This document shows, piece by piece, positions 6,257-13,895 of a stretch of DNA of 27,874 nucleotides. The DNA comes from a virus (taxonomy: Duplodnaviria > Caudoviricetes). Below the pieces are notes generated by a model. It was not told where the DNA came from, made no database searches, and worked only from the letters and a program-made list of their open reading frames with translations. Within the stretch, counting starts at the first letter, position 1; each line of letters begins with the position of its first letter. The stretch lies in the IMG/VR virus record IMGVR_UViG_3300044708_000154, positions 1 through 27,874 of that record; one strand, given 5' to 3'. The position numbers and the translations under genes are program-made.

Positions 6257-6793
6257 ATGAGCGAAGAGACCAATCCGAACGACGATGCGAGGAAGTACGA
6301 CCCGTTCACCCTCAGCCCGATTCTGAATCACCTCGTATCTCGTGCGGACAGAATCCTCCTGAAGATCCTGATCGAGAAGGGAGTACTCGATGAGTGGCGG
6401 GTCGAGAGGGCCTACACGGAGGCGACCTATCCAAGGGCTCAGCGGAGCGTGGCACGCCCTGGCGGCGCGGGTAGCTTTGGGCTCGGCTCGGATATCCAGA
6501 TCTCAAGGGCGATGGAGGCCGCAGGCTTCGCCGGCAACGATTACGCCTTTCTAGCCATGGGCGGCAAGGTCCACTTCCTTACCTACGCCGTATCGTTCCC
6601 TGGTGACGATCCGCTGACGGAGAAGGGGAACCGAGACTGGTCCCCCGAGATGCTCTCGCTGGCTAACGTCCTGCGAGCCAAAAAGCGCCTGAAGCGCTTG
6701 GCCGAGAAGGCGAACGCTGACCTGGAGAAGTTCGACAACGAGAACGAGGCTGAACTGGCGGTCATCGATCGGCTGTTGAAGGAGTCGGAGTGA
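6257..6793 (+). CDS. Hypothetical protein (178 aa), C-terminal coiled coil
   Basis: ORF length and codon bias. Confidence 0.85.
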   Translation: MSEETNPNDDARKYDPFTLSPILNHLVSRADRILLKILIEKGVLDEWRVERAYTEATYPRAQRSVARPGGAGSFGLGSDIQISRAMEAAGFAGNDYAFLAMGGKVHFLTYAVSFPGDDPLTEKGNRDWSPEMLSLANVLRAKKRLKRLAEKANADLEKFDNENEAELAVIDRLLKESE

Positions 6794-7035
6794 GCTTCTT
6801 CTCCATCCGGAACGCAAAGGCGGCCGGTTTCCCGACCTACATGATCGCCGAGATGGAGGCCCTGCTGCCCGAGCTGGACCAGGACCGCTGTCGGCATTGT
6901 GGCGCTGGCCTGAATCGGCAAGAGGTTCGAGACCCCTGGCACTTCACGGTGAGCACCTGGTGCGGCTCCTGCCGCGCCTTCGGGTGGACGAAGTCAGTGC
7001 GGAATCCGGCGCTGTTGGATAAGGAGGTTGCATGA
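6790..7035 (+). CDS. Zn-ribbon protein
   Basis: CRHCG...CGSC; GTGA overlap; GGAG RBS. Confidence 0.8.
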   Translation: MSFFSIRNAKAAGFPTYMIAEMEALLPELDQDRCRHCGAGLNRQEVRDPWHFTVSTWCGSCRAFGWTKSVRNPALLDKEVA

Positions 7036-7226
7036 CTGACCCCGCCCTCCAGTCCGAAATCCTCTCACTCCGCCAGCGCGGCCTGAATTACTCCGCCATC
7101 TCGCGCATCCTGCGGCGCAGCTTTCCGCCAGGTAGGCGTCCATTCAACATCTCCAGCACGGCGGTCCGGAAGATGTGTGAGGAGCCGGCGAGAGATTGCC
7201 GGCCGCAGGGAGGACGAGATGACTGA
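7032..7226 (+). CDS. Small HTH DNA-binding protein
   Basis: EILSLRQRGLNYSAISRIL...ISSTAVRK pattern; AAGGAGG RBS. Confidence 0.75.
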   Translation: MTDPALQSEILSLRQRGLNYSAISRILRRSFPPGRRPFNISSTAVRKMCEEPARDCRPQGGRDD

Positions 7227-7392
7227 GAACGAGCGCGACGAGCTGATCGGCTACTGGTGCGTCAAGTGTGGCGCTGCCGCCAAGTCTGTCAAGTTGATCT
7301 TGCACGACAAGGACTGCCCGGCCGATTCCTTCTTCAGGGCCGGCGTTCGGACAGTCAAATTGCAGGCCGCCCGGCTGGAGAGCGAGCCATGA
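7219..7392 (+). CDS. Small Zn-binding protein
   Basis: CVKCG...HxxxCP; GGAGG RBS. Confidence 0.75.
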   Translation: MTENERDELIGYWCVKCGAAAKSVKLILHDKDCPADSFFRAGVRTVKLQAARLESEP

Positions 7393-7679
7393 CTGCGACG
7401 ATCTATGGGCCGGAAGGGGAGGCCCTGTTCTCTGGTCTGGTTGTCCGCCCAACCGGCAGCTCAACCTTCTGGGGAATTGAAATTCGCTCCACGTCCACTG
7501 GGAATCCACCGGATAGAATCGGCGTCCAGCAGGCTAACGGCGTTGATGCTCTGTGGGCGAGAACCATTCGTGATGGGGTGCCAGGCCCGTGGCGCGGAAT
7601 CAAGGCCCACAGAAAACTGGGCCGAGCTGTTTCTCATGCCTTTGATTCTCTTGATCCAGTCGATCAGGAGCAGTCATGA
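7389..7679 (+). CDS. Hypothetical protein (96 aa)
   Basis: ATGA overlaps at both ends. Confidence 0.75.
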   Translation: MTATIYGPEGEALFSGLVVRPTGSSTFWGIEIRSTSTGNPPDRIGVQQANGVDALWARTIRDGVPGPWRGIKAHRKLGRAVSHAFDSLDPVDQEQS

Positions 7680-7822
7680 CGACCGACTCAATCGACCCGG
7701 CCACTCCCTACCCGGTCTACATCCGCGTCTTCGGCCGCGATCATCTCGACCGCGAGGTGGCCTTCAAGGTCCCGATCCCGGTCGAATGGTTCTGGGCGCA
7801 CCTGTATCGAGGGTGGTGGTAA
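7676..7822 (+). CDS. 48-aa hypothetical protein (MTTDSIDPATPYPVYIRVFG...)
   Basis: Translated by hand; AGGAG RBS; ATGA and TAATG coupling. Confidence 0.7.
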   Translation: MTTDSIDPATPYPVYIRVFGRDHLDREVAFKVPIPVEWFWAHLYRGWW

Positions 7823-8130
7823 TGAAACCCATCTCCCGCGAGTTCGAAGGCAAGCTCTGCGTTGATTTGACGGGCCTTCGTAGCGAGCCGAGGGATCGCG
7901 AGTACGTTCGCATTCTTTGGGAGAGAGAAGCGAGGAAAGACCTACTGCGCGGCAAGTTTCTCTTCGTTCTGAACAGGGGAAGTGTGGACCCAGACTTTGA
8001 TGGTTCGGAAATGGGGACCGTCAGTAAATTCACCGACACCGCGCTGACCGCTCTGGAGAGTGGAAACTTCTTCGTGGCCAAGAGGTACCTTGAGATGCTT
8101 TGGAACTACTGCACTACGAGGCGTCAATGA
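7822..8130 (+). CDS. Hypothetical protein (102 aa)
   Basis: TAATG coupling; 3' part of the 7405-8130 ORF. Confidence 0.75.
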   Translation: MKPISREFEGKLCVDLTGLRSEPRDREYVRILWEREARKDLLRGKFLFVLNRGSVDPDFDGSEMGTVSKFTDTALTALESGNFFVAKRYLEMLWNYCTTRRQ

Positions 8131-8297
8131 TCGACTCCCTAAGAAACGACGAGATCCCAGACGGTACCCGCCTGCTCTGCGACGACTGCGGGCACCTGAC
8201 CACGGTTGAGCTGGCCGAACTGGCCGCTGACGAGCTTGGCGAGCGCGGCGACTGGTGCTGTCCAGCCTGCTGGTTCTGCAATATGGAGCTGGTGTGA
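8127..8297 (+). CDS. Zn-ribbon microprotein
   Basis: CDDCG...CPAC; ATGA overlap. Confidence 0.8.
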   Translation: MIDSLRNDEIPDGTRLLCDDCGHLTTVELAELAADELGERGDWCCPACWFCNMELV

Positions 8298-8398
8298 GGG
8301 GCCATCTCGGCGCCATGCTCGTGGCAGTTGGGTGCGGAGCGATCATGGGCATACTCTTGTGCATCGCCTACGTCCTCCTGCGGACGGCCTTCGCCTAA
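8294..8398 (+). CDS. 34-aa membrane peptide (MRGHLGAMLVAVGCGAIMGILLCIAYVLLRTAFA)
   Basis: Translated by hand; GTGA and TAATG coupling. Confidence 0.65.
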   Translation: MRGHLGAMLVAVGCGAIMGILLCIAYVLLRTAFA

Positions 8399-8631
8399 TG
8401 TCCGGACCGCCGCCAGGCCCGAACTACTCCGAGGCCGTCGACCTGCGCAAGCGGTACGCCCTCACCTACCGTGAGATCGCTGAGCATCTCGGAATCACCT
8501 ACTCGCGGGTCGGTCAGATCATGAAAAACGCCGTTGCTCGCGGAGACCTGCCCCAGGACTTCCTTCGGAAGAAAAGATCGGCCTCGGAACTACTTGACAA
8601 GATGCCTGGATACCGGCAGACTCCGGGCTAG
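8398..8631 (+). CDS. Sigma70 region-4-like HTH protein
   Basis: LTYREIAEHLGITYSRVGQI. Confidence 0.85.
   Translation: MSGPPPGPNYSEAVDLRKRYALTYREIAEHLGITYSRVGQIMKNAVARGDLPQDFLRKKRSASELLDKMPGYRQTPG
8594..8622 (+). promoter_or_regulatory. Internal promoter in the 3' end of the HTH gene
   Basis: TTGACA-17-CAGACT. Confidence 0.65.
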
Positions 8632-8640
8632 GAGGGGTTC

Positions 8641-8856
8641 ATGTCCACGAAATACTACTGTGATCGCTGCGGGAAGGAGCCAGAGGGAGGCTCGGGGCGG
8701 CATCTGGTCATCTCGAAGTACCTTCTGGGCCTCGGAGAGGACGCCGGGAAGGTCGAAAAAGACCTCTGTGGGGACTGTTTGATGATCTTCTCGGCTGTTT
8801 TCGAGAGAATTCCAGAAAATCAGCTCCGAACCGCAGAAAAGACAGTTAAATCGTAG
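8641..8856 (+). CDS. Zn-finger protein
   Basis: YYCDRCGK...DLCGDC; AGGAGG RBS. Confidence 0.85.
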   Translation: MSTKYYCDRCGKEPEGGSGRHLVISKYLLGLGEDAGKVEKDLCGDCLMIFSAVFERIPENQLRTAEKTVKS

Positions 8857-8945
8857 AAACCATGGACTTCTCCGCAAAAAGTTGGAAAAATCAGCTTCGA
8901 AACGCCCATTCCGGGCGATTTTCGAGCCCTGTAGCGGAGAAAACA

Positions 8946-9404
8946 GTGCGAAACACATCGATTTATGCAGTCCTGGCAACCCTCCTCGCCTTCTCAAGTG
9001 CAGTTCATGCCGACCAGGCGTCTGTAGGCCCGGTCATTGGGGTCGCGACGGTCACAATCATCGAACAGGAGTGCGTTTCTCCGGGAAACTGCGACATCCA
9101 CGCCTTCCTGACGCAGAAATTGGTCCTGAACGGGTCTACGTTCACTCGCGAGACGAAGTGCACCGGCTTTCAGGGTGCCACGGATGCCTACAACTCGTCC
9201 TGCGGGCCGGCGCAGTGGCTGGGGAACTGCACGAAGACCGCCGTGCCGTACAGCTCGCGGGGAAAGTCGGGAACGGTGAACGGGACCGTGTACTACTGCA
9301 ACAACGATCACACGGGGAATTGTCAGTCGGTAACCGGCCACTTCGACCCGCTCGGTCGCGTCCTGATGGACTCGATCAGCTCTACCGGCGGCTGTCAGTA
9401 CTAA
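8946..9404 (+). CDS. Secreted Cys-rich protein (alternative start 8862)
   Basis: GGAG RBS before GTG; Sec signal peptide ending AVHA; 8 Cys in the mature part. Confidence 0.8.
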   Translation: MRNTSIYAVLATLLAFSSAVHADQASVGPVIGVATVTIIEQECVSPGNCDIHAFLTQKLVLNGSTFTRETKCTGFQGATDAYNSSCGPAQWLGNCTKTAVPYSSRGKSGTVNGTVYYCNNDHTGNCQSVTGHFDPLGRVLMDSISSTGGCQY

Positions 9405-9415
9405 GGAGTTAGGAG

Positions 9416-9787
9416 ATGCCCATGGGGATCAACGAAGAATCCGCATCAGCCCCGGTCTCCATGGGTGAACCTCTCTTCTGGCCGGAATTCCGGGCCAGAG
9501 TCATAGAGCTTCTTGACGTAGAGGGTGAGAAGCTGCAAGCGGGTGTTGATGTCGGCCCCTATGAATACAGGACTTGGTGGGGTTACCCCGCCACTATTCG
9601 CCTAGAATTCCCGATGGGTATCCTTCTCAATGTGGTTGGACCGCTTACCCTGCGAAGGGAGTCGCGCGTCGAGGCTAGCGACGGCAGTGACGCCGACCCC
9701 CTCCCGGTTGGCGTTGGTCGTCACAAATACCTCGATGGCGAGGAGCTTAGGAAGATTGCAGTCGACGCGGAGGCCCCTGATGTCTAG
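9416..9787 (+). CDS. Hypothetical protein (123 aa)
   Basis: AGGAG RBS. Confidence 0.75.
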   Translation: MPMGINEESASAPVSMGEPLFWPEFRARVIELLDVEGEKLQAGVDVGPYEYRTWWGYPATIRLEFPMGILLNVVGPLTLRRESRVEASDGSDADPLPVGVGRHKYLDGEELRKIAVDAEAPDV

Positions 9788-10214
9788 AACCTGCACCCTC
9801 TGCGGCGAGTCCTACTTCGATGAGGAATTGGACAACCAGGACCCGTTCGACGTCCTCAAGAAGGCGTGCCCTCGCTGCGACGAGAAGGATATCGAGTCGT
9901 TCTGGCAGGCTGACGGAGATCTCTCCTTCTCCGGCCTGAGCGACAAGAGGGTGTTCATTGCCGGTTGCCGCAGTGCGAGAGAGCGCGTCCGGCAGCGAAT
10001 GGTGGATCTAGAGAGTCGATTCGACGAAGCCCAGCAGTCTGAACAGGAAGCGCAGAGTCAACCCTCCCCCGGTGCCTCCCCCATCGGTGCTGACTCTCCG
10101 TCGCACGCCTGTTCAGAACTGGTCGGCTCCGGGAACGACAGAAGTCCGGGTGTGCCGGGCCAACAGCCATCTTCCTCCTTTCTTGCTCACGGAGCCGACC
10201 TCAGGGAGGGTTGA
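9780..10214 (+). CDS. Zn-ribbon protein with low-complexity tail
   Basis: CTLCG...CPRC; GGAGG RBS. Confidence 0.75.
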   Translation: MSRTCTLCGESYFDEELDNQDPFDVLKKACPRCDEKDIESFWQADGDLSFSGLSDKRVFIAGCRSARERVRQRMVDLESRFDEAQQSEQEAQSQPSPGASPIGADSPSHACSELVGSGNDRSPGVPGQQPSSSFLAHGADLREG

Positions 10215-10215
10215 C

Positions 10216-10572
10216 ATGGACAAGGTAATCGGTAGCTGCTCGAACTGTGGCGGGTATGTCGTTGCGCATGATGGTCCGTGGCATGCGGTGGTTCCGCCTC
10301 CTCCGCCTCGGTGCGTGAAGTGCGGAGCGACGACGCCTCGTAACGTGATCCAGATGGGGCCTCCTGCGCATCCGTGGGACAGTCGAACGGGCAATGCGCA
10401 GTCGGTTGGGCAGGGAACCGGGCAAGGGAGCGCATTCCTGACCGGCATGCAGGTTCTCTCCGAAACGAGAAAGCCAGAGACCGAGTACGATCGAGGCTAT
10501 CGGGACGGAGTGAAGTCCGCGAAGCTCGAAGCTGCGAGCATCCCCATGGCGGGTTGGCAGAATCCAGAATGA
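10216..10572 (+). CDS. Zn-ribbon protein
   Basis: CSNCGG...CVKCG; YDRGYRDG motif; GGAGG RBS. Confidence 0.8.
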   Translation: MDKVIGSCSNCGGYVVAHDGPWHAVVPPPPPRCVKCGATTPRNVIQMGPPAHPWDSRTGNAQSVGQGTGQGSAFLTGMQVLSETRKPETEYDRGYRDGVKSAKLEAASIPMAGWQNPE

Positions 10573-10697
10573 CCACTCCCGACACTGTCTCTGGTTCCGT
10601 AAGTTACGGCGAAACAACTCTCGGCATGGTCGTGGCGGAGATCGTTCTTTTCGCCTGCCTATTTGCCTACATCCTGGCCGGGTGCCTATTCTCATGA
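10569..10697 (+). CDS. 42-aa membrane peptide
   Basis: ATGA overlaps; hydrophobic C-terminal half. Confidence 0.6.
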   Translation: MTTPDTVSGSVSYGETTLGMVVAEIVLFACLFAYILAGCLFS

Positions 10698-11083
10698 CCC
10701 TCCCCGAGGCCATCGAGCAGCGCGGATGCGGATGCGGCCTGTCCGTACCGAGCGGCACTCATCATCCTTGGTGCCCGATCCAGATCGCCGCCGACATCCG
10801 CAGCGGAGCCCTGGGCGAAGACCTCGAAGACGAGTCGCCGCTGATCTACCGCGCCCGTGGTGAGGAGCGGGAGCACTGGTGCGTGATTGCGCACAGGGCC
10901 GGCAACTGGAAGGCTCTTCAGCCGCTCATCGTGCCACTCAGCCCGACGCGCTTCCCGGTCTGCGGCAACTACGAAGAGGTCCAGGAGAGGGTGCGGCTCA
11001 TGCTGACCGATGCGACCTTCAGGAACCGCTGGAAGGGGTACTACATCACCGGGGTCCGGGTGGACGGGCAGGTGATGGCGTGA
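10694..11083 (+). CDS. Hypothetical protein (129 aa)
   Basis: ATGA overlap; CxC...HxxxC. Confidence 0.75.
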   Translation: MTLPEAIEQRGCGCGLSVPSGTHHPWCPIQIAADIRSGALGEDLEDESPLIYRARGEEREHWCVIAHRAGNWKALQPLIVPLSPTRFPVCGNYEEVQERVRLMLTDATFRNRWKGYYITGVRVDGQVMA

Positions 11084-11286
11084 AGACCGTTCACCCGTAC
11101 CGTTGCGCGCACTGCGACTCGTGCATCGGGTTCAGCATCCGTGAACTGGAGAAGTGCCGATTCGTCTCCATAGAGCACTACGAAACGAAAGTGGTTCGTC
11201 CGTGTAATTGCGGCGGCTTCTTTGTCTCTGAAGACACCAGGGCCATGGCGAGTCGGATGACCCTTCGCTCCACTCTGCACCCATGA
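11080..11286 (+). CDS. Zn-finger protein, Mu Com-like spacing
   Basis: YRCAHCDS...CNCG; GTGA overlap. Confidence 0.7.
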   Translation: MKTVHPYRCAHCDSCIGFSIRELEKCRFVSIEHYETKVVRPCNCGGFFVSEDTRAMASRMTLRSTLHP

Positions 11287-11819
11287 GCGCCCCCTCCCTC
11301 TTCCAGTACCTGACCCAGGCCGAGTGGAAGCTCTGCTTCTCGATCGCATTTTTGGAGGCCAGTGACGAGTTCGCAGGCGCCTACCCGCTAGGCCACTACG
11401 CGACTCCGGGCCTTGAGGGGCGTGCGACGCACTACGGCGAGCTGTTCAAGCGCGCCATCAGGTTTCTGGCGATGGCCCATGACTACAAGTTCAAAGGCAT
11501 GGAGGTTGGCGACGGCGGGAGCATCGTTGGCCGGAATCTCGTGCAGCCGGAGAACTTCTCGTACGTGGCGCTACTGAACGGCAGCCTTCCAGACTTGCCC
11601 CTGGCGATCGACACGGCCATCTCCATGGCCAAGCGGGAGATCCCGTCGCTCAATCTCGACCCGCTTCACGGCATGCTGGCCAAGGTGACCGAGGACAAGA
11701 AGCGCCTGGCGGACTGGCAGAAGGAGGCCGATCCGGATGGGCGCGTGGAGAAGGAGCTTGAAAGGCTTCGCGAAGAAGGCATGCGGACGGCCGGGATGTC
11801 TAAGGTTGTAGTCAACTGA
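11283..11819 (+). CDS. Hypothetical protein (178 aa)
   Basis: ATGA overlap; codon bias. Confidence 0.85.
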   Translation: MSAPSLFQYLTQAEWKLCFSIAFLEASDEFAGAYPLGHYATPGLEGRATHYGELFKRAIRFLAMAHDYKFKGMEVGDGGSIVGRNLVQPENFSYVALLNGSLPDLPLAIDTAISMAKREIPSLNLDPLHGMLAKVTEDKKRLADWQKEADPDGRVEKELERLREEGMRTAGMSKVVVN

Positions 11820-11829
11820 GGAGAAGAAG

Positions 11830-12021
11830 ATGTACTGCGACATTCTGGGATTTCTTCGTGAAGCAAGAGCCGCCGCGCAGATAGAGTCGGAGAAGTCTCG
11901 CAGCCGAGAGCTATCGCTGGTCTTGACGAAAATCGATGAGGCGCTTCTTTGGCGACAAGAAGACATGAGACTTAAGGCCCCGATCGTGAACGAATGCGGC
12001 ATCGACCCGGCGGAGTCTTGA
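11830..12021 (+). CDS. Acb2/Tad1-like helical-hairpin protein (candidate anti-defence sponge)
   Basis: SRELSLVLTKIDEALLW matches the RExSLAxTKLEEAxMW motif; GAGGAG RBS. Confidence 0.65.
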   Translation: MYCDILGFLREARAAAQIESEKSRSRELSLVLTKIDEALLWRQEDMRLKAPIVNECGIDPAES

Positions 12022-12782
12022 TGGCGCTCGAAGATCAGCTAGAACCAACGAAGGCGCTCCTGATCGTCAAGGAGGACCCACGGAGCGACATCATCGCCGC
12101 CCTGGGGGATGGGCGCACCCTCATTCGCCCCGAGATCTCTGGCGACCGCCAGCGCATCCGCAGCGGCAAGGTGATCAAGAAGGGTCCGCAGGGTAAGTAC
12201 AACCCCGGCACGCGGGTTCTCTTCAAGGCGTACGCGGCCACTCTGGTTGACAGCGGCAGCGGTCCGCTACTGTTCATCGACTCAGGGGACGTGGACGGCT
12301 ACCTGGACGGCGAGGAAGACCCAGATAGCGAGCCTGGACCGGACTGGGTTGAGCACATCATTCCGCCTCCGGGAGAGATCCTGGTGCGTCGCAGTGAGAA
12401 GCCGCTCATGTACGGGCGCATCCACAAGCCGGCTACGTCGAGTCATCTGGCCACCCGCTGCATGGAGGCGGAGGTGGTTGCGACCGACCCGCTGGACGAG
12501 GAGATGGTGAAGGCCTTCCCGGACGATGCTCACGTCCTTCTCTCCCCTGACGTCTGCCGAACGATCCAGCTCGACGTGCGCGGCGAGCATCTCCTGTCCC
12601 GCCTCGATCCGGACCAGATCATGGCGCACATCAAGGGCGACCCGACCGAGCTGCCGATCGAGATCACCCGCGACTACACCGGCGTGGCCGAGGATCTCCA
12701 GGGCTATGCCGACATCGACGAGCGTTTCGACGAAGGCGACCCTGCTGGGCCGCTCGGTGTCCCGAAGTATGCGGAGGCGTGA
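12021..12782 (+). CDS. Co-chaperonin with two tandem GroES (Cpn10)-like domains
   Basis: LEPTKALLIVK...GKVIKKGP...GTRVLFKAYA...LLFIDSGDV and IIPPPGEILVRR...GRIHKP...AEVVAT...DQIMAHI. Confidence 0.8.
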   Translation: MALEDQLEPTKALLIVKEDPRSDIIAALGDGRTLIRPEISGDRQRIRSGKVIKKGPQGKYNPGTRVLFKAYAATLVDSGSGPLLFIDSGDVDGYLDGEEDPDSEPGPDWVEHIIPPPGEILVRRSEKPLMYGRIHKPATSSHLATRCMEAEVVATDPLDEEMVKAFPDDAHVLLSPDVCRTIQLDVRGEHLLSRLDPDQIMAHIKGDPTELPIEITRDYTGVAEDLQGYADIDERFDEGDPAGPLGVPKYAEA

Positions 12783-13093
12783 TGAAGATGATCAAGAGGT
12801 TCATGGCCAAGGTGTTTCCGAAGAGTCCGTTCCACAAGCCGCAGTTCGGTCTCATTCACTGGGCTCGCCTGCACCAGCACTGCCAGCAAAAGGGCCATCA
12901 CTTGCTTAGCGAGGTGGCGAGGGAGGCGGGGAGCAAGAAGAGGTGGCGCTGGTGCAAGGAATGCCACAAGCTGGAATGGGGTACGGCCAACGTTGCCACT
13001 GGATCAGATGTCCATGCCTCGGAGATGCTCCTTGCCGGAGTCAGGCATAAGGGCATCGCCTCTGGCATTGCCTCAGTGAATATCGATGCCTAG
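12782..13093 (+). CDS. Hypothetical protein
   Basis: TGATG coupling; CxxxGH...CKEC. Confidence 0.7.
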   Translation: MKMIKRFMAKVFPKSPFHKPQFGLIHWARLHQHCQQKGHHLLSEVAREAGSKKRWRWCKECHKLEWGTANVATGSDVHASEMLLAGVRHKGIASGIASVNIDA

Positions 13094-13895
13094 TCCTAAG
13101 CCAGAAGGTGGTCTCGGCGCGCGCGTCAACGGACACTATGTCTACGGCAAGGTGTTCAACGCGCTCGAAGAGATCATCCTGCGCAATCCGGATGTCGAGC
13201 AGGTATGCGTGGTCCCGCACGGCACTACGAAGGCCGGCCGCTGGCTCTATGCGCTCGTCCTGTCGAAACCAGGCATTCTGGCTGGCGAGCGCCTCATGAA
13301 GGATCTGAGGGCCGCTGTCGAGGCCGAGGAGCGTTTCGAGGAGTGGGAGATCCCGAACCGCTGGCGGGCGGTGCGCTTCCTGCCGGAATACAAGACGCGG
13401 GAGGAGCGTCGTGCGCGCCTGAAGACGCACAAGTCCTTCTCGAAGTTCTACTACCCCGGCAAGCAGGCGCCTCTGCGCGGCGAGCGAGACTGGGAGAGCA
13501 ACACCTACTCGATCCGCCTGGTCGACCCGATCAACAGCGTCCAGTTCGAGGGTGCCCTGTGCAGGGTCAAGCACAAGAAGCTTTACAACATGCCCAAACT
13601 TGAGTTCGACCTGCGTCACCACCAGCGCCATGACTCGGCCACCGGCCAGTCCACCTGGAGGAAGAGCGCGGTCTGTCGCTTCTGGACGATAGACAAGAAG
13701 CTGATGGACAAGATCGACAAGATCGAGCGTGGCGCTCACGTCGTGGCGCGCGGTCGGGCGAACAACATCCAGCTCGGAGGCGTCGGCAAGGGAGCCCTGC
13801 ACACCGCCGTTCAGTGCCTGGAGTTCGAGGTGCTCAGCGACTTCCGGCGCGTTCCCCTGCACGACACCGATACGGTCTTCGAGAGGGCGCTCTAG
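13086..13895 (+). CDS. Fusion of AMP-binding-enzyme C-terminal-like domain and PriB/SSB-like OB fold
   Basis: Residues 13-100 and 149-251 match the two families by eye. Confidence 0.7.
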   Translation: MPSPKPEGGLGARVNGHYVYGKVFNALEEIILRNPDVEQVCVVPHGTTKAGRWLYALVLSKPGILAGERLMKDLRAAVEAEERFEEWEIPNRWRAVRFLPEYKTREERRARLKTHKSFSKFYYPGKQAPLRGERDWESNTYSIRLVDPINSVQFEGALCRVKHKKLYNMPKLEFDLRHHQRHDSATGQSTWRKSAVCRFWTIDKKLMDKIDKIERGAHVVARGRANNIQLGGVGKGALHTAVQCLEFEVLSDFRRVPLHDTDTVFERAL

